Source: Octopus vulgaris (lineage: Eukaryota). Taken from it: 64,000 nucleotides of DNA. A model generated the notes under the pieces. It saw only the letters and a program-made list of their open reading frames with translations. It ran no database searches and had not been told where the DNA came from. How positions within the stretch are numbered: position 1 is the first letter of the stretch; each line of letters opens with the position of its first letter. The stretch covers positions 51,708,001-51,772,000 of the forward strand of contig OX597829.1 in NCBI GenBank assembly GCA_951406725.2. The letters are read 5' to 3'. Below, in pieces: positions 1 through 12,958 of the stretch. The translations under genes and the position numbers were made by a program.

Positions 1-259
1 TCAAACCGGGTAATGTGTGTGTTTATAAGCAAAACACCTTAGCTCCATGTGGCTCCAGCAGAAGGTAACTTCTGCTGACTCTTTTGCCACAACTTTCTCT
101 CACTCTCTCCTCCTGCATCTAGCAGCTCACCTGTGATGGACTGGCATTCTGACCAGGTGGGGAACCTATACGCCAATGAAACTGGGAAACCAGCCGTATG
201 AGCCAAATATCGTTCGAAAAGGAACGAACATTACTTTGCCAGCCCCTGCAATCCAAGCC

Positions 260-560
260 TTCTGCTTCCCATCAATTGTCAATAGTCCCAAGACATTTCA
301 ACTTCTCCACTTACTTCAGTGATGTTCCACTCATATCTGGAATATGTTTAGGAAGACTTTCTTAAAAGGACAAATGTCTCAGCATTTACAACACTGACTT
401 TTAACCCTGCCTTGCAGCACTCAGCAGCAAAATCCATTCAATGCATGCTGGCGATCAACTTCTGAGTCCAGTACCATTATGACACCTGCAAATATCGGTC
501 AACTGATCCTACTCACCAATTGTGATTCCACTTCAGTCAAATGTCATGTCAGAAAGACAC
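260..560 (-). mobile_element. Highly decayed non-LTR reverse transcriptase fragment
   Basis: remnants resembling IFADD, FAAECCKAGLKVS and LKxVEKxKxLG with frame breaks. Confidence 0.5.
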
Positions 561-783
561 CTCTTTTAACAAAATCATAAATATTATCTTTAGACATTTG
601 AGATAAATGTTTTTTTTTTATATATAATAGGCACAGGAGTGGCTGTGTGGTAAGTAGCTTGCCTACCAACCACATGGTTCCGGGTTCAGTCCCACTGCAT
701 GGCATCTTGGGCAAGTGTCTTCTGCTATAGCCCCGGGCCGACCAATGCCTTGTGAGTGGATTTGGTAGACGGAAAGCCTGTCG

Positions 784-816
<33 letters not shown>

Positions 817-2224
817 CTGTGTTTGTCCCCCTAGCATTGCTTGACAACCGATGCTGGTGTGTTTACGTCCCTGTCACTTATTTTGCCGAACTGCTAAGTA
901 CTGGGCTTACAAAAGAATAAGTCCTGGAGTCGAGTTGCTCGACTAAAGGCGATGCTCCAGCATGGCTGCAGTCAATTCACTGAAACAAGTAAAAGAGTAA
1001 ATTACTAAAACTAGAAGCAATTCATATATCCTCAGCCCCTTACGCTAGTAAAGTCCATTTAATGTTTTAATGCTTACTCAGTTTCATCACCAGAATGAGG
1101 TTACAACAATAACAGACCTTCCAGTAAGTTGCAAAAGTTCACGATAATACTGAAGTAGCAAGTGAAATCACCAATTACTAATCTTTTAAATCATTCAATG
1201 GTTAAAACCCTGTTGAAATTTCATGCTATGCACCGTATGTGTTGAATTTGTTTATTTTGCCAATAGTAAAATTTCCATAGTTTTTATCTTTGTGCAGATC
1301 TATATAAAACAAGCAACATCAACTATTTAATGTTTTTCTAATTTTATTTGATGGACTAATAATTTTAAGATTTGGTGTCGAAAGTTTTATCATTTCTATT
1401 AATTAGGCTTGGCTTGGCTACATCGTTAAAAAACTTGCTTTCCAGTCAAGTATGAATTGTGAATTCATACCTACCAAGAATCACTTTGGGCAAACATCTG
1501 TTACAGCCCTAGGCTGATGAAAGCCTTGTGAGTAGATTTGATAGACAAGAAATGAAAGAAGCCCATTGTATGTATGTACCTTCACTGCTTGACATCATCG
1601 TCATACAAATGAGGCTCATTTCCAGTCTTTCTATGAAAACATGTCTAACTATGGCTATGGGAAAGCATTACTGTTTGGAGAGTTGGTGACAGGAAGAGCA
1701 TCCGGCCATAGAAAATCTGCCACAACCAATTTCATTTGATTCATGCAAAAAAAAAAAAAAAAAAAAAATTAATAGTGTTCATGATAATATTTCAAGAATT
1801 CTTTGCGACTGACCAGTTACAAGACAAACAACTGGGCATTATTATAAATAATTCATTCTGGTGATAAGAGAGTACCATTTTGAAATGGTAATTAGAGCTG
1901 GCACACTGTTTCTGATAATATATGTTCCAGTTGATCTGGTCAACTTAACAGCCTGCTCATAAAACTAGGATGCAGGTAGCCGAACACTTCACAGATGCAA
2001 GTACCTATAAGGTAGTTCTCTGGGAGATTCAGCACGACACAGGTGACAAGGCTGGCTCTGTTGAATTACAGGTACAACTCGTATCTGCCAGGTGAGTGGA
2101 CTGGCGCAACATAAAATAAAGTACCTTGCTCAAAGACAACATGCTGCCAGGAATCAAACTCACAATCTTACAATTGCGAGCCAAATACCTTGACCCCTAA
2201 GCCACGCACCTTCATGTAATTGGT

Positions 2225-2712
2225 ATGCTTGAGAAGACCTGTCGAGTCAAGTGAAATCATTGTCATGGCCGATGCCAGTACCACCAGAGTGGCACATAAA
2301 AAGCACCATTCAAGCATGGTCAATGCCAGTCCCACCAGAGTGGCTCCAGTGCTGGTGGCACATAAAAAGCACCAGTTGAGCATGATCGTTGCCAGTACCG
2401 CCTGACTGGCTCCTGTGCTGGTGGCACATAAAGAACACCATTCAAATGTGGTTGTTGCCAATGCCGCTGACATGTAAAATGCACCATTCGAGAGTGGTTG
2501 ATGTCAGTACCGTCTGACTGTCCCCCCCCCCCCATACTGGTGGCACGTAAAAAGCACACACTACATTCTTGGAGTGAGGAAGGGCATCCAGCTGTAGAAA
2601 CTTTGCCGGATCAGATTGGAACCTGGTACAGCCTCCTGGCTTGCCAGTCCTCGGTGAAGCTGTCCAACCCATGCCAGCATGGAAAGCGGACATTAAACAA
2701 CAATGATGATTA
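2225..2712 (+). mobile_element. LINE 3' UTR fragment; other copies ~8135-8428, 8629-8745(-), 12078-12377, 14090-14430, 17305-17530(-), 18180-18335(-), 18598-18895(-), 20777-21120, 21578-21805(-), 25235-25535, 43490-43805, 61406-62010(-)
   Basis: shared aaaagcacccactacactc...ttaggaagggcatccagc...gttaaacgatgatgat with variable 5' truncation. Confidence 0.85.
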
Positions 2713-2833
2713 ACTGCTTCCAATTAAACAGATTACAATAAAAAATATTTTTAAAAATAAATCTCTTGAAAAATATTGAACTCGAACTGTGATATGTCTT
2801 TACTGTAAAAGGATTTGATGGAAAAGTTTAGAA

Positions 2834-3212
2834 ACGCAGGAGTGGCTGTGTGGTAAGTAGCTTGCTAACCAACCACATGGTTCCGGGTTCAGTCCCACTG
2901 CGTGGCATCTTGGGCAAGTGTCTTCTGCTATAGCCCCGGGCCGACCAATGAGTGGATTTGGTAGACGGAAACTGAAAGAAGCCTGTCGCATATATGTATA
3001 TATATGTGAGTGTGCGTGTGTTTGTCCCCCTAGCATTGCTTGACAACCGATGCTGGTGTGTTTACGTCCCCGTCACTTAGCGGTTCGGCAAAAGAGACCG
3101 ATAGAATAAGTACTGGGCTTACAAAGAATAAGTCCCGGGGTCGATTTGCTCGACTAAAGGCGGTGCTCCAGCATGGCCGCAGTCAAATGACTGAAACAAG
3201 TAAAAGAGTAAA
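2834..3212 (+). mobile_element. tRNA-headed SINE family A; other copies ~630-1000, 4737-5110, 9255-9505, 12955-13113(-), 19324-19743(-), 42325-44060 (split), 52068-52500, 53447-53810(-), 55083-55250, 55810-56220(-)
   Basis: A box tggctgtgtggt, B box ggttcagtccc, CORE-like cttgggcaagtg, internal (TA)n(TG)n, gtaaaaga tail. Confidence 0.9.
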
Positions 3213-3752
3213 CTCACTTTGCATCAATATAGTTTCAAGTCCAGTGCCGCTGAGGAAAGCATTGTCAACTACAGCCCCAGGCTGACTAAAGCCTTGCAAG
3301 TGAATTTGTTAAATGGAAAATGTATTAAACCTCTGTGTGTAAACATATACATTATATAATATCTCCCTCCTTCTCCGTCTGGGGTATCCTTGTATCTCTT
3401 CCTAACAGCAAAGACGCCTATCTATTCCTCTTATCTCTTTAACCTCTCACGAACAGGTACAAAAACCACCTCCCTCAGTTGAGGGGACTGTCTTACAAGC
3501 TGCCTAATGATCCCTCCATATGAAAAGCACCCAGTTACAATCTATAAAGTGATTGGTGTGAGGAAGGGTGTGAAGCCCTAAAAACCATGCCAAAACAGAC
3601 AACTGGAATTTGGTGCAGCTCTCTCGCTTGCTAACTTGTTGAACCGTCAAATACATGCCAGTATGAAAAATAAATATCAAATGAGGATGATATATTTGCA
3701 CACACACACACACACACACGTGTATGAATGTTGATATTTTGCTTGTTACCAT

Positions 3753-4207
3753 TTTAGCCGTATGAAAAATGGCAGAATCCTCAAGGACATACTCTACAGA
3801 GAGCTTGCTAGAGGGTACTAGGTCTGTGGGTAGACTGTTCTTACGCTACAAGGATGTTTGCAAAAGGGACATGAAGGCCTGCAACATCAATATTAGCGGT
3901 TGGGAAGCAATTGCCAGCAACCGTGGAGATTGGCGATGTACCGTAAAAGAGGGAACACAAAGAAGTGACAGAGAGAGAGAGGAGAAATGGAAAGACAAGA
4001 AAAGACGCCAACAAGAAACTATGACACTACAACCAGCCAGGAACAGTCTTTGCTACATTTGCGGTACCTGCCAGAGGGAGTGTTTATCCAGGATAGGACT
4101 ACACAGCCACAGTAGGAGCTGTATTAGGACATGAAATGTAAAAGCCGGACTGGACTATTTTATGCGCAACTCCATTGTCTCCCGAGACAAAAAGGATGCC
4201 AACAACC
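3753..4207 (+). mobile_element. RTE-clade LINE 3' end
   Basis: GTRSVGRLFLRYKDVCKRDMK...W...DWR and C-terminal CxxC...RIGLHSH finger (ORF 3769..4134). Confidence 0.85.
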
Positions 4208-5017
4208 ATTTTAATAAAGCCATGATTGCTGATGACACTTGTTGATATTACAACCAGTCAGCCTGGTGCTTTTGAGGACCTGTGGAATACAAAAATCCAT
4301 TTCCTTATAAACAAGCAAGGATTGGCCAAAGAAAAAAAAACTTCTGGCCTCAAAATCAATTCCTGGTATAAACCAATGCTAGCATGGCATAGAAAAGCTA
4401 ATATTGAAACAAGATTTGAGATATATATATATACATATATACACACACATATACACACATATATACACACACACACATATATATACATACACACATATAT
4501 ACATACACACATATATATATATATATATGGTGCAGGCTTCTGCCTGGCTAGCTCCTGTCAAAAACAGTGCAACCAATACCAGCATGGAAAGAGGATGTTA
4601 AATGATGATATATATATATATACACACACATACATATATATATATACATACATACACACATCCTATGTGAATGCATTTTATTGAAAAGTTCTACATGGAA
4701 CAAGAAAATAACTTTACTTTTATGGAGAAAAAAAAACATGAATGGTTGTGTGGTAAGAAACTTGCTTCTTAATCACATAGTTCCAGGTTCAGTCCCACTG
4801 TGTGGCACCTTGGGCAAGTGTCTTCTACAATAACTTTGGGTCAACCAAAGCCTTGTGAGTGAATCTGGCAGATGGAAGTTTAAAGAAGCCACCAGTGTGT
4901 GTGTGTGTGTGTGTCCCCCTCTCCTCCCACCACTCGACAACCAGCATTGTCCCTGTAACTTAGCGGTTTGGCAAAAGCAACTGACAGAATAAGTATCAGG
5001 CTTAACAAAAGAGTAAG

Positions 5018-7063
5018 TACTGAGGTTAATTCATTCAACTAAAAACCTTCAAGGTGGTGCCCCAGCATGGCCACAGTCCAATGACTGAAACAAGTAAAAG
5101 ATAAAAGATATACTGGGATTGATTTGTTCAACTAAAACCCTTCAAGGTGGTGCTCCAGCATGGCCACAGTCCAATGACTGAAACAAGTAAAAGATAAAAG
5201 ATATACTGGGATTGATTTGTTCAACTAAAACCCTTCAAGGTGGTGCCCCAGCATGGCCACAGTCCAATGACTGAAACAAGTAAAAGATAAAAGATATACT
5301 GGGATTGATTTGTTCAACTAAAACCCTTCAAGGTGGTGCCCCAGCATGGCCACAGTCCAATGACTGAAACAAGTAAAAGATAAAAGATATACTGGGATTG
5401 ATTTGTTCAACTAAAATCCTTCAAGGTGCTGCCCCAGCATGGCCACAGTCCAATGACTGAAACAAGTAAAAGATAAAAGATATACTGGGATTGATTTGTT
5501 CAACTAAAACCATTCAAGGTGGTGCCCCAGCATGGCCACAGTCCAATGACTGAAACAAGTAAAAGATAAAAGATATACTGGGATTGATTTGTTCAACTAA
5601 AACCCTTCAAGGTGGTGCCCCAGCATGGCCACAGTCCAATGACTGAAACAAGTAAAAGATAAAAGATATACTGGGATTGATTTGTTCAACTAAAACCCTT
5701 CAAGGTGGTGCCCCAGCATGGCCACAGTCCAATGACTGAAACAACTAAAAGATTAAAGATATACTGGGATTGATTTGTTCAACTAAAACCCTTCAAGGTG
5801 GTGCCCCAGCATGGCCACAGTCCAATGACTGAAACAAGTAAAAGATAAAAGATATACTGGGATTGATTTGTTCAACTAAAACCCTTCAAGGTGGTGCCCC
5901 AGCATGGCCACAGTCCAATGAGTGAAACAAGTAAAAGATAAAAGATATACTGGGATTGATTTGTTCAACTAAAACCCTTCAAGGTGGTGCCCCAGCATGG
6001 CCACAGTCCAATGACTGAAACAAGTAAAAGATAAAAGATATACTGGGATTGATTTGTTCAACTAAAACCCTTCAAGGTGGTGCCCCAGCATGGCCACAGT
6101 CCTATGAGTGAAACAACTAAAAGATTAAAGATATACTGGGATTGATTTGTTCAACTAAAACCCTTCAAGGTGCTGCCCCAGCATGGCCACAGTCCAATGA
6201 CTGAAACAAGTAAAAGATAAAAGATATACTGGGATTGATTTGTTCAACTAAAACCCTTCAAGGTGGTGCCCCAGCATGGCCACAGTCCAATGAGTGAAAC
6301 AACTAAAAGATAAAAGATATACTGGGATTGATTTGTTCAACTAAAACCCTTCAAGGTGGTGCCCCAGCATGGCCACAGTCCAATGACTGAAACAAGTAAA
6401 AGATAAAAGATATACTGGGATTGATTTGTTCAACTAAAACCCTTCAAGGTGGTGCCCCAGCATGGCCACAGTCCAATGACTGAAACAAGTAAAAGATAAA
6501 AGATATACTGGGATTGATTTGTTCAACTAAAACCCTTCAAGGTGGTGCCCCAGCATGGCCACAGTCCAATGACTGAAACAAGTAAAAGATAAAAGATATA
6601 CTGGGATTGATTTGTTCAACTAAAACCCTTCAAGGTGGTGCCCCAGCATGGCCACAGTCCAATGACTGAAACAAGTAAAAGATAAAAGATATACTGGGAT
6701 TGATTTGTTCAACTAAAACCCTTCAAGGTGGTGCCCCAGCATGGCCACAGTCCAATGACTGAAACAAGTAAAAGATAAAAGATATACTGGGATTGATTTG
6801 TTCAACTAAAACCCTTCAAGATGGTGCCCCAGCATGGCCACAGTCCAATGACTGAAACAAGTAAAAGATAAAAGATATACTGGGATTGATTTGTTCAACT
6901 AAAACCCTTCAAGGTGGTGCCCCAGTATGGCCACAGTCCAATGACTGAAACAAGTAAAAGATAAAAGATATACTGGGATTGATTTGTTCAACTAAAACCC
7001 TTCAAGGTGGTGCCCCAGTATGGGCATAGTCTGACGAGTGAAACAAGTAAGAGATAAAAGATA
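5018..7063 (+). repeat. Tandem array of a 93-bp unit (~22 copies) derived from a SINE 3' end
   Basis: tactgggatt recurs at 5111, 5204, 5297 ... 6971; unit matches the family-A SINE tail ccagcatggcc...ctgaaacaagtaaaaga. Confidence 0.97.
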
Positions 7064-7403
7064 ACAAAGGCGGAATATGATGTAGTGGAATCTGCCATTT
7101 ATATTTAATTGCAATAAATTATCTTGCACACAGCATGGACTTTTCAAAAGAGTAAAAAGTACCAATCTATTCACGAGAAGATACAATCTGTTGTTGTATG
7201 CCATATGCAATATTTGCAAAACAAAACATCACATAAACATTTTAATACATTAGAACATGTGGAATATCAAAAATATCCAATAAGTTGGTAAATGTATCAA
7301 GCATTCCCTTTCTTTTTAAATAAAATTTAACATAAAAAAAAAAAAAAATGAATATTCTGAAGCACTATCTTTACAGTAGTACAACTAAAACTTTATATGC
7401 ATT

Positions 7404-7467
<64 letters not shown>

Positions 7468-7700
7468 TTTATTCAATTATGTATCTAATGAAATTATGTA
7501 TCTAATGAAATTATCTTTTCTGGAAAATGAAAATGTTTAAGAAACTCAATAATCTTTATATAAAATTAATACAACAACTGACTAAAATTTAAAAACTTAT
7601 ACTTTCATTCTTCAGAAAATATATAGTTCTAATTCTAACAAATATTGCATTCAATTTAAAATCAAGTCCAGGAGAAATTTGTTGAAACATTTCTGAATAT

Positions 7701-7723
7701 TCACTTAGATCTGTTTTCATCAG
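7701..7723 (-). CDS. ZCCHC7: ZCCHC7 last coding exon (ADENRSK*)
   Basis: strong polypyrimidine tract and cag acceptor at 7724; TGA at 7703-7701; minus-strand AATAAA at 7473 and 7407. Confidence 0.72.
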
Positions 7724-8994
7724 CTGAAAAGGAAAAAGAAAAAAAAAATCATACATTAATTACACAATACTTTCAAAATTTCTTTTGTGAAATTCAAAAT
7801 TAATTCTTTTGTGAAATTTTCCAAAGGAAATAACTTTTAAAAGTTATTCTTACACGCAATCGCTCTTGAATTATTTTAGCTTAATGACAAAGAACCTTGG
7901 AAAGAGAATATCACCCATTTTTTCAGTTACAATGAGTGAAAACCTTAGAGGCAAATAGATTAGCCAAGGTTATTAGAATGCCCAGCAGCTCCATTTCATC
8001 AGTACACCAAATGCTAATAAGAGAGAATAAGTCAGAGTTTTCCTAAGTCAGAGCAAAGGAATTAACCTCTTGGCATTCAGATTATTTTCTCAAATGTAAT
8101 GCTTATTTAATCACAAAGTTTTGAATTAATCATCACCATTCGAGCGTGATCGTTACCAACGTTGTTTCACTGGCACCTGTGCTAGTGGCCCGTGTAAAAA
8201 GATTCGAGCGGGGTCGTTGCCAGGATCACCTGACTGGCCCCCGTGCCGGTGGCACATAAAAAGCACCCACTACACTCTCGGAGTGGTTGGCGTTAGGAAG
8301 GGCATCCAGCTGTAGAAACTCTGCCAAATCAAGATTGGAGCCTGGTGCAGCCATCTGGTTCGCCAGCTCTCAGTCAAAATCGTCCAACCCATGCTAGCAT
8401 GGAAAGCGGACGTTAAACGATGATGATGCATTATCTCCTGGCTTTGAAATTTTGATGATGCAATTGTTTATTTTTAGTACGATATTGTAGGGCAGATGTG
8501 AGAGGCCAGATCCGGGCTAGATCTGGCAGGTTTAGATGCTAAAGGGTTAAAGAGAAAAAAATAAGACTAACTTCAATCTGTATTACACAACCAAATTTTA
8601 AAATATTTCACCAAACAAACTAAGTATTCATCATCATCATCACCATTTAACGTCCGTTTTCCGCGCTAGCACGGGTTGGACGGTTCGACCGGGGTCTGAG
8701 AAGCCAGGGGCTGCTCCAGGCTCCAGTCTGATCTGGCAGAGTTACCTGAGCAAATTATTGGGTATTCAATGTATTGACAAATTTATAGATTTAACCTTTC
8801 AAATGTTTAACAGCATCGCTTACTGTTAAGCTCAATAGCTCTAATAAAGTCAGTATCTCATGAAATATGAAGCTACTACAAGAATAAATGACAACTGACA
8901 CAGACAAGGCGGTCATTTTTGAGTAAATCACTGGCATAGAGCCAACATGCCATTACACACCATAAATAACTTCCAAAAACTAAGCAATACTTAC

Positions 8995-9036
8995 CGAGTT
9001 TGTTTTTCCTTTTTCTGGTTTTTAATCTCTTTTTCA
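8995..9036 (-). CDS. ZCCHC7: ZCCHC7 42-nt exon
   Basis: cttcag|VKKRLKTRKRKNKL|gtaagt; phase 1-1. Confidence 0.75.
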
Positions 9037-9660
9037 CTGAAGACAAAAAATATAGAGAAACACGAAAAAAAAAAAATCAATACAAATTGAATTTAATTCA
9101 TGATTGTGGTTAGATTAGTGGCTCTTAACCAGGGCCCACATATGATTTTGCTGTTAAAGCTTATGAACAATGAATAAGTTATACTTCTACAGTGGTGTAA
9201 CAATTTTTAAATATAATTTGTAATATTTAATAATTATTAAGAATTTTTTTTTAATGGTTCCAGGTTCACTTGGGCAAGTGTTTTCTACTCTAGCCTCAGG
9301 CCAACCAAAGCCTTGAGTGGATTTGGTAGACAGAAACTGAAAGAAGCCCATCGTATATATGTATATATGTGTGTGTTTTGTCTGCCCACTTGGAGTGAAA
9401 ACCAATGTTTGTGTGTTTATGTTGCCGTACTTAGCTTACAAAGAATAAGTCCTGGGGCCGATTTGTTTGGCCACAGTCAAATGAGTGAAACAAATGAAAG
9501 TAAAAATAAGGGTTCAGTAGAGTAAAATGGGAATTGAAGGGGTCCAAAGGCAAAAAATGTTTGAAAACCACAGAATCAGCTCGAATTTTCAAAAACTACA
9601 AACAGCTAAATAAATAACTGACAACAGAGAAAAAAAAAAAAAAGCAGAAAGTGAACTTAC

Positions 9661-9693
9661 CTATATTACTAATCTGTACTTTTTTTCCAATTT
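9661..9693 (-). CDS. ZCCHC7: ZCCHC7 33-nt exon
   Basis: polyT, cttcag|QIGKKVQISNI|gtaagt; phase 1-1. Confidence 0.72.
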   Translation of the reverse strand, partial: KLEKKYRLVI

Positions 9694-9697
9694 CTGA

Positions 9698-9732
<35 letters not shown>

Positions 9733-11240
9733 CACACAATCAAATAATTTGATATTTAGAAAAATTATTAAAATTTATATGCTGTGTTTGGTCTTTTGAT
9801 TTTGCTCATCTAGAACTTTTGTTCTTTTTAGGTGCCATGTCTAGAATGTAGGACATGGGCAATCATGACCTGTCAATTTTTTTTTTTGTTTTTTCTCCCA
9901 CTCACTTTGTCGAGCTTGACATCTATATCGACCTTCTTCCTCTGTTTTAAAAACTCATCACATTACTAAATACTATGGTGAGATTAAACCTTGTTACTAT
10001 ATTACTGTTGAAATACACTGCCTTTGCTTCAATTGATTTGAAATTAACATGAAATTTTGATGGAAGAAGGTTTTGTATTTAGATCACTTTAAAACAAGAG
10101 GTTTGTATCAGAAACAGGGGCAGTATCAGGTTGATATCAAAAAAGGTTAAACTGTTTCAATCGGTCAAGCAAAGTTATCTATCTTGCAATAGGCATTGTG
10201 AAACAGCTACAGTAGCTTTCAATTTGTATTGCACAAGTCAAATATCCTTAATTTTATTTCTACATAAGCTTTGTAACTAATTAAATTCATGGGCGATCAA
10301 TCAAAAAAGGCACCTTGATTAAGAAAATTCGTTTTGTAACATGCTTCAGGTCCTACAATACAGCACTTTGGATAGATGTCTTCTAGAATAAACCTTAAGC
10401 TAATCAGTGCCTCAAGGAGACACATGCACATTCTGTATAAGAGTAGAAATCAGAAAAAAACTGAAACTGGTACATTTAAAACAAAAAGTACCTTGTGGAA
10501 TTTTTCCACAAGCTGTTGGCCTTTCACTGACATTATTGCCATCAGAAATGAACCAGTGAATGACCTGTTGTTCATAATGCTTTCAAAATTAATCCATTGA
10601 ACTAATTTCGTGGGTTTTATTTTTTTCAGCAAGAATTTGACATAATAGATTTATTATGAAACCCAATAAAATAAGAAAAATTCAAAATTCCAAGAATTAT
10701 GGGACCAATCCTGGCTATAAACATGGTGCTCATTTTCTGAGCAAATCAACATGACATACTGGCACGTCAACTTATATTTGGCTCAGAGAAGGCGTGTGGC
10801 CTGGTGATTGGGGTGCTGTACTCAAAATCGCGAGATCATAGTTCCAATTCATGGACCAACAGTGTGTGTGTGTTATTGAACAAAACACTTTATTTTACGT
10901 TGTTGTGGTCCACTCAGACGCAAAATAGGGAACCTTGGTATGAATTCACATACAAGGGCGAGATAGTGACTCATGAAAATTACCCAAATAGAGGTCTTGC
11001 TACCCATGTTCTGCATTCAGCAATTAAAAGGATGAATAGTACAAACAATACTGTGAATCTCAACTAGTAGGAATTGGTTGTTCAACTATGGTAAAGGATT
11101 ATTATGTATTCTCTCTCTCTCTCTCATTCTATGCACTCACTCAATGGAACTGGGGTCATCTCAGGTTAACAGTCCCATAGTGCATAGAGCCAACAAGGTC
11201 CACCAGTGACCTCCCATCACTCAGTAAATTCAATGCACCA

Positions 11241-11468
11241 TTAACCCTTTAGTGTTTAAACCGGCCATATCCGGCCAAAATATTCTACCTGTTTTATGTT
11301 CAAACTAGTCAGATCTGGTCATTCATAGCTACCTTATAGTGTCATTTTAAAAATAAACAATCACATCATTGAAATCTCAAAGCCATGAAATGATGCAAGA
11401 TTAATTTTACATGGTGTCAATATATAAGCTTTACATTTGACAGAATAATCTGAATGCTAAAGGGTTAA
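11241..11468. mobile_element. TTAA-flanked (piggyBac-like) MITE family 1; other copies ~8062-8550, 23835-24244, 29518-29700, 42139-44098 (split), 44353-44565, 54379-54789 (two), 61270-62088
   Basis: TTAA|CCCTTTAG...CTAAAGGG|TTAA termini, ~220 bp, non-coding. Confidence 0.85.
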
Positions 11469-11482
11469 ACACTAATACTTAC

Positions 11483-11530
11483 GGTTGTTTTTCTTCTTTT
11501 TCTTGGATATTTTCTTTTTTACTATTTTGG
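11483..11530 (-). CDS. ZCCHC7: ZCCHC7 48-nt exon
   Basis: tttcag|AKIVKKKISKKKKKNN|gtaagt; phase 1-1. Confidence 0.75.
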
Positions 11531-11636
11531 CTGAAAAAGAAATATAGGGAAATAAAAATTAAAAAAAAAAAAAGATTAAAAATATTTTAATATTGGAGAA
11601 AAGTTAACAGGATAGGTCAATAAAAAATAAACCAAC

Positions 11637-11672
11637 CTTTGTCTTTAATCTTCGGTTTCTTTACTGGAATTT
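11637..11672 (-). CDS. ZCCHC7: ZCCHC7 36-nt exon
   Basis: ttacag|EIPVKKPKIKDK|gttggt; phase 1-1; weaker donor. Confidence 0.65.
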
Positions 11673-12383
11673 CTGTAAAATAATGTAAATGCAGTTCATC
11701 ATTTAATAAAATTAAAAATCCAGAATAATTACACTTGGAGAGTAAATTAGTAAAATTAAGAAACCAAACTTTTTTTTTTTTTATGTTGGTACACAGTTAA
11801 AATTTATTCTGAAAACAAGCTTGTTTCACCATCTTTTTGATGTCTGCCTTTTCATGCTTGCATGGGTCAAATGAAGTCTGAGGCAGATTTTCTATGATTG
11901 GATGCCCTTCCTGTTTGCCAACCTTCCCTTGTTTTCTACCAGAGTAATATTATCCCATGTCAACATGCTTTTGCAAAATATCAGAAACACACCAGCATTG
12001 GAACGATGGTGGGGGGAACAAACACGGATACACAAATACACACATGTGTGTGCATATATATATATATATCTCTCTGTGTCGGTGGCACGTAAAAAGCCCC
12101 ATCCAAATCGTGGCCGAAGCCAGTGCCACCTCGACTGGCTTCCGTGCAGGTGGCACGTAAAATGCACCAATCCGACCGTGGCCAATGCCAGCCTCACCTG
12201 GCACCAGTGCAGGTGGCATGTAAAAAGCACCCACTACACTCACGGAGTGGTTGGCATTAGGAAGGGCATCCAGCCGTAGAATCACTGCCAGATAAGACTG
12301 GAGCCTGGTGCAGCCTTCTGGCTTCCCAGATCCCCGGTCGAACCGTCCAACCCACGTTAAACGATGATGATGATGATATATAT

Positions 12384-12768
12384 AATTAATCAAAGGATAT
12401 ACTGAGTATGTCTACCTGCTGGAAATAACAGTCAAAACTTATTTAAATTGCCAAAATACACTGATAATGACTACAGAAATCAACCTTCCAAAGGCAAACG
12501 GGCTAGACAATCTCCCAACGTACATTTAAGTATTTGGACTAACATAGACCAGTTTCTGCACTGGCAAAAAAGCCTCAGCTTCCCCAGTACGTTTTACCCG
12601 GTCCACGAGAGTCCAAATACTTAAATGTACATTGGGAGATTGTCCTAGCCCATTTACCTTTGGACAGTTGATTTCTGTAGTTATTATCAGAGTATTTTGT
12701 CAAATTAAAAAAGAGTTTTGACCGTTATTTCAAGCAGGTAGACATACTTAGTATGTCTTTGATTAATT
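12384..12768. mobile_element. Foldback element / long palindrome
   Basis: ~165-bp imperfect inverted arms (12384-12550 and 12600-12768) around a ~50-bp spacer. Confidence 0.88.
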
Positions 12769-12920
12769 TTAGTCCTTCAGCTATTTAATGCCTCTTTTTG
12801 GGGGCCTGCAATCGCCTATATTATTCTGTTATTTTAAAATTGTTACACTAGATAATAACAGAGTATCTTCACAACTTATTTTTTTGTGAATTATATTTTC
12901 TCAAATTATTTGCTCCATAT

Positions 12921-12958
<38 letters not shown>

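Noticed and set aside
544-837. Recurrent ORFs such as MLGGQTQTH... and ...LQLDALPNANH...
   Set aside because: Chance frames in SINE and LINE-UTR copies
5018-7063. CRISPR array or coding repeat (93 bp is a multiple of 3)
   Set aside because: No unique spacers, no cas genes, eukaryotic context, and no ORF spans the units
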